Shown here piece by piece: positions 28,101 through 37,600 of a stretch of 64,000 bases of DNA. Below the pieces are notes generated by a model. It saw only the letters and a list, made by a program, of their open reading frames with translations. It did not search any database and was not told the DNA's origin. The stretch is from an uncultured Rickettsiales bacterium. GTDB lineage: Bacteria > Pseudomonadota > Alphaproteobacteria > Rickettsiales > UBA1997. The stretch lies in assembly GCA_944391075.1 (NCBI GenBank), contig CALXSG010000001.1:6381-70380 (forward strand), written 5' to 3'. Within the stretch, counting starts at the first letter, position 1. Every line of letters begins with the position of its first letter. The position numbers and the translations under genes were made by a program.

Positions 28101-28707
28101 TGGCTTTGGTGGTTTAGATCATGTACTTGCTAGTGGAAAGAAAATTAGAGTATTAGTAATGGATACAGAAGTTTATTCTAACACTGGTGGTCAAGCTTCA
28201 AAAGCTACTAATTTAGGTGCAAGTGCTAAGTTTGCTGTAAATGGTAAAAATACATTTAAGAAAGACTTAGGTGCAATTATGATGAGTTATGGCAATGTTT
28301 ATGTTGCACAAGTTGCAATTAGAGCTAACCCAAATCAAGCTTTAAAAGCTTTCAAAGAAGCAGAAGCTTACGATGGTCCTTCTTTAATCATTGGTTATAG
28401 CTCTTGTATCGCTCATGGTGTTGCCCTTGAAAAGAGCTTTACACAACAAAAGAATTGTGTGGATTCTGGTATGTGGATGCTTTATAGATACAACCCAAGT
28501 TTAATTGCAGAAGGTAAAAATCCTTTACAAATAGATAGTAAAGAACCTAAATTAGACTTATTAGAGACATATTTATATGGCGAAACTAGATATAGCAATA
28601 TTAAAAAAGCTAATCCAGAACATGCAGCAGATATCGTTGAAATGTTAAAAGATCACATTACAAGACGATGGAAAAAATATAAATTGTTAGCTGATAATAA
28701 TTTATAA
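25198..28707 (+). CDS. nifJ: Pyruvate:ferredoxin (flavodoxin) oxidoreductase, single-chain NifJ/YdbK type
   Basis: 1169 aa. Contains GNEAVARIAYKMSDMFAIYPITPSS, two ferredoxin-type clusters (CIQCGQCVFACPH and CTGCSICVLACPVGA) and the TPP domain GGDGWAYDIGFGGLDHV. Confidence 0.95.
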   Translation: MPNFKKKPIDGNEAVARIAYKMSDMFAIYPITPSSPMGELADQFSASGELNIFGLKPSVTEMQSEAGAAGALHGALQTGSLASTFTCSQGLLLMIPNMYKIAGEMTPCVIHVAARALAAQGLSIFGDHQDVMAVRQTGFAMLSSGSVQEAHDSALISHLSTLDSKVPFINFFDGFRTSHEINKIELIDDETIKSMLNEDAILECRNRALKPDDPVMRGTAQNPDVYFQGRESTNKYYNNVPSIVQAKFDEFAKLTGRQYHLFDYYGPADAENIIVMMGSGVQAVKETMEVLNKNGEKVGVLQVRLFRPFSAKHLVNALPKTVKKIAVLDRTKEPGSEGEPLFLDVIAGLKEEGKENIEVIKGRYGLSSKEFTPAMAKAVYDNLKSSTPKKEFTVGIKDDLTNLSLDYSSDFNISLPDVKESIFFGLGSDGTVGANKNTIKIITDRDEYYGQAYFVYDSKKSGSVTESHLRFGPKPINSTYLVQKADFIGCHQFPFLFKLDILGRIKDGGTLLLNTHYSKDEVWDQLPKVVQQIIIDKKVKFYIIDAYKVADEAHMGTRINTIMQTCYFKLANVIPFEEAVADIKNAIVKTYSKKGQEIVDNNIKAVDGSIANLFEVNYPKTVSSKIEMEEKVGKDAPKFIQEFTAKLIAGKGEEITTSQMPFDGTFPTDTTKYEKRDVADKISVWDESKCIQCGQCVFACPHSCLESKVFTADQLKNAPSCFKAIPVVGDKTGEQKFKIQISPEDCTGCSICVLACPVGALSMKPKQEVIKEEKECLEFFNTLEGKEVEDPKTIKDLQFKDSLFKYSGACAGCGETPHLSLLTKLVGDRAVIANATGCSSIYGGNLPTTPYGKNKEGRGPAWSNSLFEDAAEFGLGFKLSQETQLVEASDLMEKLKDVLGADLVKAIMDNYGNNTDAGVKTQIANLKKAKEILAKNNSFEAKHLASIIDVMLERSVWIVGGDGWAYDIGFGGLDHVLASGKKIRVLVMDTEVYSNTGGQASKATNLGASAKFAVNGKNTFKKDLGAIMMSYGNVYVAQVAIRANPNQALKAFKEAEAYDGPSLIIGYSSCIAHGVALEKSFTQQKNCVDSGMWMLYRYNPSLIAEGKNPLQIDSKEPKLDLLETYLYGETRYSNIKKANPEHAADIVEMLKDHITRRWKKYKLLADNNL

Positions 28708-28717
28708 TATTGACAAA

Positions 28718-28748
28718 TAGAAGGAATAATTTTTCCTTCTATTTTTTT
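28718..28748 (+). terminator. Rho-independent terminator of the PFOR gene
   Basis: tagaagg-aataattttt-ccttcta followed by ttttttt. Confidence 0.6.
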
Positions 28749-28767
28749 ATACATAAAAAGTAAAATT

Positions 28768-29295
28768 ATGAAAAAATATATACATAGTTTTTTAGTGGCA
28801 AGATTTCAACCATTTCATAACGGACATAAATCATTAATTGATAAAATGTTAAATGAATCAAAATATGCTACGATTATAGTTGGTTCAGCACAAGATAGTA
28901 GGAGTAGTAAAAATATTTTTAATGCAGAAGAAAGAATGTATATGCTTAAAAATGTTTATGGCGAAAAAGAGAATATGAATATTTTTTCTCTCAGTGATAT
29001 TCCTAGCAATGATGAATGGTATGGCTATGTTATGCAAAATCTTGCAGAAAAAAGCAAAAAATTTGGGAAGGTGGAAGCTTTTTATTGTGGTGGTATAGAT
29101 GAAGGCAAATGGTTTGATAAAGGAGAATTAAAGATCGAAATACTTGATAGAAATACACAAATTGGCAATTTAAAAATATCAGGCACAGAAATTAGAAATA
29201 TGATTAAAAATAATGATAATTTATGGAAAAATTATGTACCACAACAAAATATAAATTTTATAGAAAATTATATTAAAAAGAATAAAAACAATTGA
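28768..29295 (+). CDS. Nicotinamide-nucleotide adenylyltransferase (NadM/archaeal-type cytidylyltransferase fold)
   Basis: VARFQPFHNGHKSLIDKM carries the (H/T)xGH nucleotidyltransferase motif. A late ISGTEIRN-type motif is present. Length 175 aa. Confidence 0.75.
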   Translation: MKKYIHSFLVARFQPFHNGHKSLIDKMLNESKYATIIVGSAQDSRSSKNIFNAEERMYMLKNVYGEKENMNIFSLSDIPSNDEWYGYVMQNLAEKSKKFGKVEAFYCGGIDEGKWFDKGELKIEILDRNTQIGNLKISGTEIRNMIKNNDNLWKNYVPQQNINFIENYIKKNKNN

Positions 29296-29409
29296 TATAA
29301 AATAATTGATATTTTTATAGCTTTTTATTATTATATATCAATAAAAAGTACTTGACTTTTTTTGAGTGAATAGTATTATTTCCTTAGTTTAAAGTTATAA
29401 TATTAAAGC

Positions 29410-30528
29410 ATGGATAAGAAATTTACAATAGAAGCTAAACATTTGAAAAATATAGTACTATTCAATCCAGAAGTTGGACATGATGATTTATCAAATGCAG
29501 AAAGCAGTATTTTTATTAAAGTTGCAAATGGAACTTTAAAGTTTGAAATTTTATCATTTAGATATTTATTAACTGGTATTGAAGAAGTAAAAGCTAGTGA
29601 AGATATTGAAATGATATTGCCATTAAAAAGATTACAAGATATTGTTAAAAGCTTTTCTGATAATACAAAAATTACTTTCAAAGAAGATAATGAAAAAACT
29701 GTTAGTGTTGAAGTTGATGGTATTAAATTTAAAATCAAAACCTGTGAACAAGAAGGTAGAAATCAAATAGATACTGATAAAGGTGAAGAATACAAAATTA
29801 GCAAAGAAGAAATGCTTGAAGGCATTAAAAAGGTTAGAATTGCTATGGGTGATGATGAAGTTAGATACTATTTAAATGGTATTAATATTGAAATTTATAA
29901 AAATAAAGATGGTGTTTGCTATCCTTTTATGGTTGCTACAAATGGACATATTCTTGCTACCTCTGGTACTAAAAATGAAAATGATGAGTTATTACAAAAA
30001 GCTATAATGCCTAAAAAAGTAATTCCTGAAATCATTAAAATTCTTGAGAAAGCAGAAGAAAAAGAAGTTGCTGTTTCATTTAGTAAAAGTAAAATGGATT
30101 TAAAAACAAAAAATTTAGAAATTTTACTTAAATTAATTGAAGGCGATTTCCCTGATTATAATAAAGTTATTCCATATAATAATAGCAAAGAAGTTATTAT
30201 TAATAATGATTCTTTAAAAGATTTACTTGGTAAAGTTTCTGTCGTTTCTAATGATAAAACAAAAAATGTAAAAATGTCTATTTCTGCAAATAATGTTGAC
30301 TTAGAAATCATTAGTTCTGATGGAAGTATGGCTAATGGTAATATAGCTATTGATTATTCAGGAGATAATTTAGAAATAATATTAAATGCAAAATATTTAA
30401 TTGACATATTAAGCCAAATTACAGAAAAAAATGTTGTATTTAAGTTAGAAGACGGCATTTCTCCTCTCTTAATTAAACAAGAAAGTGGCGATTCTTTATT
30501 ATTTGTTTTAATGCCAATTAGATTATAA
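29410..30528 (+). CDS. dnaN: DNA polymerase III beta sliding clamp
   Basis: 372 aa with three-domain length, RYYLNGINIE, GDFPDYNKVIP and the C-terminal LFVLMPIRL. Confidence 0.9.
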   Translation: MDKKFTIEAKHLKNIVLFNPEVGHDDLSNAESSIFIKVANGTLKFEILSFRYLLTGIEEVKASEDIEMILPLKRLQDIVKSFSDNTKITFKEDNEKTVSVEVDGIKFKIKTCEQEGRNQIDTDKGEEYKISKEEMLEGIKKVRIAMGDDEVRYYLNGINIEIYKNKDGVCYPFMVATNGHILATSGTKNENDELLQKAIMPKKVIPEIIKILEKAEEKEVAVSFSKSKMDLKTKNLEILLKLIEGDFPDYNKVIPYNNSKEVIINNDSLKDLLGKVSVVSNDKTKNVKMSISANNVDLEIISSDGSMANGNIAIDYSGDNLEIILNAKYLIDILSQITEKNVVFKLEDGISPLLIKQESGDSLLFVLMPIRL

Positions 30529-30559
30529 AAATAACAATTTTATTGATTTATTTTTTTTA

Positions 30560-30595
30560 TAGCTTAAATATATAATAATATTTAAGCTATTTTTT
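30560..30595 (+). terminator. Rho-independent terminator of dnaN
   Basis: tagcttaaata-tataataa-tatttaagcta (11-bp stem) followed by ttttttatt. Confidence 0.55.
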
Positions 30596-30598
30596 ATT

Positions 30599-31498
30599 AT
30601 GAAAATTGATAAAAATAAAATTGTAGTTATTTCAGGACCAACAGCTAGTGGAAAAACTGCTTATTCTATTGATCTAGCAAAAGAAAATAATGGTATTGTT
30701 ATAAATGCCGATTCTATACAAATATATAAAGGTTTACCAATTTTATCAAGTCAACCAACAGAAGAAGAAAAAGATAGCATAGAGCATTTATTATTTTCTT
30801 ATTTAGAGCCCGAAGATAATTGCAATGTTGGTAGATGGCTAAAATTAGCTAAGGAAAAAATAGATTATTGTTTAAATATTGGCAAAACACCAATTGTTGT
30901 TGGTGGTACAGGTATGTATATATCAAAACTTATAAATGGTATTTCGCAAATACCAGAAATTCCAGAAAATATTAGAAATGAAGTTATAAATTTATATAAT
31001 GAAATCGGCTATGAAGAATTTTATAAATTAGCTTCTCGAATAGATAAAAATTATACTAGTAAACTAAATTTAAATGATAAACAAAGATTAATGAGAATTC
31101 TAGAAGTTTATAAAACAACAGGAAAAAGTATTCAATATTTTTTAGATAAAGGAAATATTAAATTATATGATGACAATATGTTTTTTCATATAAATATCAA
31201 GCCTGATAGAGAAAAACTTTATAACAAATGTGAATTAAGATTTAAAAAATTTGTAGAAGAAAATGCTATAAAAGAGATTGAGACTTTTGCAAAAAATAAG
31301 CCTGAAATTATTGCTAATTTGTCAAAATATACAATATCAAGTACAATTGGTTTTAAAGAAGGTTTAGATTTTTTAAATAGCAAAATAACAATGGAAGAAT
31401 TTATAAATAAATCAATTCAAAATACAAAAAGATATGCTAAAAGACAATATACTTGGTTTAATAATCAATTTGATAATTTTGATTTAATTATAGAATAA
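30599..31498 (+). CDS. miaA: tRNA dimethylallyltransferase
   Basis: VISGPTASGKT P-loop, NADSIQIYKGLPILSSQPT, and YAKRQYTWF near the C-terminus. Confidence 0.92.
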   Translation: MKIDKNKIVVISGPTASGKTAYSIDLAKENNGIVINADSIQIYKGLPILSSQPTEEEKDSIEHLLFSYLEPEDNCNVGRWLKLAKEKIDYCLNIGKTPIVVGGTGMYISKLINGISQIPEIPENIRNEVINLYNEIGYEEFYKLASRIDKNYTSKLNLNDKQRLMRILEVYKTTGKSIQYFLDKGNIKLYDDNMFFHINIKPDREKLYNKCELRFKKFVEENAIKEIETFAKNKPEIIANLSKYTISSTIGFKEGLDFLNSKITMEEFINKSIQNTKRYAKRQYTWFNNQFDNFDLIIE

Positions 31499-31620
31499 AA
31501 CTAGAATTTATTATAAATTATAATAATTGAATTTATATAATATTATCACTTTATTGTAATTTAATTAATTCCTTAGTTATTTTTGATTATATATATTTAT
31601 TAGTATTTAAATTTTTATAA

Positions 31621-34600
31621 CTATTTAACACATTGTACAGAACCAGTATATTGCCACTCAGCAACATTATTAATTACCACACATTTAGCTGTTCTAGTTC
31701 CAACTGTGGTTGTAGGACTATCACAGACTACTTTCTCTATCGTTCCATGACATACTGCATTACTGTGTGTATTGTTGCATGATGTAGAATATTCTTTCTC
31801 CCATCTTGCACCTTCTAATTTCTCTAAATTATTCATACTGCAAGTAATAGGTTCAAAACCGCCTACAATATTCCATTCTCCACGCTCATTACAATAAGCA
31901 TATGTTTCCATATTATTTTTGTAATTTGTCTTAGGTAATAAAGCAACACGTGAACCAATTGCAAATTTACTTTTATCATCATTATATTTTTTATTATTTT
32001 CAAAAACAATATCAGAGAAAGAGTTATCTTGAGGTATAAATGTTAAATCAGTAACTGATAATGTTTCTTGTCTTGGAAGACAACTTCCTAATTGATTACA
32101 CTTTGAAACTAAAGCATTAAAGCTACAAGATCTTGGTTCACATCTTCCCGTAGATTCCCATATTAAATCATTAGTATTCTCATCATAAACACATGTATAT
32201 TTTACTGTACTAGTATCTTCACAATCTATACATTCAAAAAGATTAGGGCAAAATCTATTTACTGAATATCCCTTGTATGATCTATTATTTAAAGTAATTT
32301 CACCAGAATAACCAGAATTTTTTGGATAATAAAGTTCTCTACTACTATCTATATTAATAATTTCTACATTTCCAATTTTTTTATTATATGATGGACACAC
32401 TTTTAATATGCAGGAATTATTTAAGGAATTAGAATCCCATTGTTGAGTTTGTATTATACAATTTTTACTAATTGTTCCACCTTCTTCATAATATCTTTTG
32501 TCACATTCACTTGTAACTCTTACTGAATTTGTATTATTAAAAATGTCTTCAGACAAAATTGATGAACTATTTAAAGAACCAACTATTTCTCTTTTTGCAA
32601 CAGCTGATGAATACTGTGATAAATCAGCATTATAAACATTTAATGAAGGGCATGCATTATATAGTCTACAAGGATTATGTACAGGTCCCCATGTTCCGTC
32701 AGGTAAGCATTCTCTATAAGGTCGTCCAGCAATCTTAATTGTAGTACCTGGTATTACATCATTTTTAGAACCATTGGATATAAATGTTATATTTTGATTA
32801 CTATTAACCAATTGACCATTTGCATTATATACTTGCATATTTGTTTTAATTGTTGAATCGCATTCACCAATTGCATACTGACCAGCTAGTGTTCTTCCCC
32901 AACGAGCACCACCAGTATAAATATCACCAACTTTAGTATTAGCATCTATTTCCTTATAATAATCATTTCTAAGATGCGGAGTTTTATATAAACCTAATAC
33001 TGTAACCTTTAAATTATTACCACTTCCTTCATATGTAAAATTAGTTCTAAATGGATCTAGTGGTTCACAAGCTTTTTCGCATTCATTTTCTATTGCACCC
33101 CATACACCATATTTATTACATCTTCTGGTTGGATGTTGTATTAGTGTAGTATTTTCAAAAAATTTCTTTAATTCTGGTTTAATTATACTGGAAATTGAAA
33201 TATTTGTTGCTGAAAATAAATTGTTATATTGCTTTTCAAAAGAAGAATATGAAATCTTTTGATTATCCATATTTGTGAAAGAATTTTGTAAGAAAATAGC
33301 ATTATGAGGATAAAAATGTTTAGACGCATCACAAGACCCTATAACATTTCTAATATCATTATCAGAAAGAGGTCCCGGTGTTTCTTGCCATGTAGCACCA
33401 CCAGTATGTCTCCAAACGGTATATACATTAATAGTATCTTCATTAGCAAAATAACCAACATTATAATCATCATCTAAGCCTAAAAATCTAGAGAATGGAG
33501 AGGTTGGATCTGCTTCATTACCTGCTAAATTAACTTCTGTATTATGTTCATCATATAAAAATAATGGTACGTCATTAGCAGATATTGCTTTACAGAAAGA
33601 TCTCTCACAATATTTTTTTGAATAATCAACACTAACTCCATATGTATTTGTTTCAATATTTGGATAAAGCATATTTTTATATGTATCTATTTTTACATAA
33701 CCATCACTATCTAAATCATGGAATGGAGCAGAATTTAAATTATATAAATTAATTTTATATTTTGTATAAATATCATCAACAGGCATCCATTGACCAACTT
33801 GATTACAATATCTAACAGGTAAATGATCTTTTGCATTATAATTTAAATTAATAATCATATCACTTGCACTAATGTAATCTTGATTTTCAAGTAACATATT
33901 TTTTACAAATTTATCAAAATATAACACTCCATCAGAAGCTGAATTATCAATTTTAACCGGATAATATTTATTAATTATTTTTGAGAAACCAGCAGGAACA
34001 TAGCCATATATACAGCTTTCAGCTGTTCTTTGCTCTATATCATCACCATGACCATTTTCAATACCATTATTTAAAGGTATTCCATCGATACTGTATGTGC
34101 CTTTTTTATATTCAGCCCAATTAGCGTAACCGTGCGATAAACCTTTTTTATTTGCATTGGTTGAATTTATTTCATTGGTATTTAATGTATATTTTTCTTC
34201 ACTTTTTACATAATTACTATCGTTTTCATTTACTGCAGGACAGGAATATCTTTCGCAATTTGTATTATTAGCCAATATGAAATTAGCATTTAGTGTACAT
34301 GTTGCTAATGGATTAATTGTATCATATGTACCATCATTTGATAATACTGTTTTATTTTTCCAAAAACCTTTACATTCACCTTCTGTAGCATATATTTCTA
34401 CATAACCATCTTGACAACTATCAGAAGTTTCATCGAGAATATAATAATGTCCAGTATTTGGATTGTGACAATATAAACTTTCTATATTAAAACTATCTTC
34501 TATATAAGGTCTCGACATATCAAATTCTGCATGTCCCATACTATCATTCTTGATTTTATCCTCTTTTGTTTCGTTTGTTCTCCAAATATTACTTTTATAT

Positions 34601-37600
34601 TTTTCTTGAATTACACTTAATTTTTCACCAATTCCACCATCACTATAATTTTTGTTTGAGTCATAATATTTTATTGGTTGGCAAATAGGTATAGTAGTTG
34701 CTTCTGCACATAAACCCAATTCTGTTGGTGTAGCCTTTCTAATTTCTTTTCCAGTTGTAACAATGGTAGTGTCTGCAGCATATTCACAGCTACAAACTGT
34801 ATTAATTTGATTTCCATCCTTTAACAATATTTTATAGCCGTTAGTTCCTGGTAAATAACATTCTTCAGGTAAATTGGTACAACTATTTGTTGCGCCATCA
34901 ACATCAGAACATTCACAACTATTTTTTTTAACACAAACATTTCCATATGCGCAATTGCATTCAGCAGTACCATTTAAACAAATACAATTTGGATCATTAT
35001 TGTCGGTACAATAAGTATAATAATGTGTTCTTCTGCAATTTGGGTTTTTTTTGCTTTCTGTATTTAGAATACACTTTCCTAATGTAGTGCCAGTGGACTT
35101 TATGGCTATAACATTAGGGAAATATGTATCAAAACCACTTACAATACATAAATTATTCTCTGCACCAATCGTATTATAATTAACAGGTATATTATTTTCC
35201 ACATTATATATTACATGACCAGCCTTAACTTCTTGATTATAGGTATTTATAATATTTTTTAATTCATTACTACAGTTATTATTTATTAAACACATTCTTA
35301 TTTTTACATAATTACTATGATATATATGAGCAATATTAGCCCGCTTTTGGTTTCCTATATTATATATTTTATCACCATTATATCCACGTATTGTTTTTAA
35401 TGAATAAATACCAGATGTTATATTATCACAGTACGTCTTTACAGTATTTTCACATCTTGATACTTTATTTGTTAGCTGTGTTATATTAGCGGTTATTGCA
35501 TTATATTCTGTCAACGCTTCTGGCGATTCATCTTTATTAATTGTTTCTAATTTTCTCTTCTCTATTATTAGTTGTTTCTTATAATTTATACAATCATAAT
35601 GTAATTCACTACAATAGCTAGCTTCAACTGTAATAGGATAAGTATGTGCCTCAGCTTTTGAATTTGGTGGTAACTTTAATTTTTCCTCTTTATCTGTTGG
35701 TGCATTACTTGAAACATTTTTAAATTGAATAGAATTACTACCATTTAAATTAATATTTTTTGTTTTATCTATTTTATCATTATCAATAAAATATACATTT
35801 AAATAAGGTTTAAAACTATTTGTATCTTTACCCATAGAAATTAATATTGAATTTAAATCAGGTTTTTTCCTTTTTATACACATAATTACAGATTCTACAG
35901 GATTTTTGTTTGCATCAAAACCTAATGGTCTAATTAAACAAACTTTAGGTACTATTTCACTGCCTTTTTCTGTTGTTTTTCTAAGGATATATTCTATCTC
36001 ATATTTTTTCTGGCTATCAGATATAGTTCTGCTTATTTCTGTTTTATCAAAAGGTATTGTATTTGTATCTTGCACATATTCAAAAATTACTGTCATTGTT
36101 GGTTTAAAAAAATCTACTTCTAAGCTTTGGTCTTCCTGTGTGTCTGTAAGTGTTTTATTTATTAAATTATTTGTTGTTGTATCATAAACATAAGCGGAAT
36201 AAATTTTTAATAATGGCAAAAATAAATTTTGTGAATTTAATGTAGTAGCATATTTGTAAAATTTATTAGGTGAGGCAGCTAAAGGTAAAGGTATTCCCTG
36301 AGATTCTTTAAAGAAATTCCCTTGCGCATCATAATATCCTCTACAATTTTGTAAATAACCAACTCTACAATTTGGATTGTTAATTTTTTGACCATCTTCA
36401 TTTATTACATATTGTGGTTGATTATTTCCGATATATTGAACAATATCCCATACAATCCATTTATCATTTGAGGCATATTTAGAGCCTATAGACATTTCTG
36501 TACAAATTGGATTTTTTATAGCATCATTTTCCCCACATTGAAAAATATTATGTAATTCTTCACCAAATACATCTTCATCTGTTATATATTCATAATTAGT
36601 ATTTATTCCGTCTTGATTTTCATCTACCCAATTTTTTAAGTTATTATCGTCTAATAAATTTTCTCCAACAAGTTTACCTTTGTACTCAGTAATTGAATAA
36701 TTTTGATTATTAAATATATCGCCACTGGAATTTAAAGTTATTTTACTCTCAGATAAAACGCTTTTCATAAAATCAGTATCACCACCACTAGATTTTGAAG
36801 CATCTACAAATACATACAATTTACCATTAATTTTATTTATTCTAAATCTTACCTTATTATTTTTTCCATTTTCTGTTACCACTTTATAACAAGTTAACTT
36901 TTTATTAGGATCGGTTTCTGCATTATTCATGTCAGCTTCTACTGCATCCATTGTGCAGTCTGGACCTTCTCTATTCCATTTTAAAGTAACGCATTTATCA
37001 ATGCCACACACTTGTTTCATTGTATTGCAATCATTATCAGCACAGGTAATAACGCATTCTCTAGCACCACAAAGCTTTGTATCTTTATAATACGATGATA
37101 CTCTTAGACATACTTCAACTTCAACTGATTCAATTTCTGCTTTATTAGTTGACCAATTAAAAATAGGAGTTCCTTTTATATAATAACCATCTGTTCTTGG
37201 TGTTAAATTGGTATGATCTACCTCAATATTGCATAAAGCACTTCTACCAGAATTATCTTGAACACTATGACTAAGATTATTTGCATTTTCACATATTGGT
37301 ATAGAAAGAGCATTTGAGTATAAAGTTATAAAATCTTGAGCATTATTATTTCTACTAAAATAATAATCTCCTTCATTCCACCAAAATAAATCATGGACTC
37401 TATTAGAATGAGCTTGTCTAAATCCATATGTTTTAAAATCATTAACATTAGCAAAACATATATTATCTCTATTTGATGTATATATTCCATTCTTTATATA
37501 ATTAAAATAATCTTTTAAATAACTACTATTATTTGTATTATCAAATTTTAAATCAATGTATTTTGTATGAAAAAGACCTGCAGTATTTCTAGTTGCTTGT

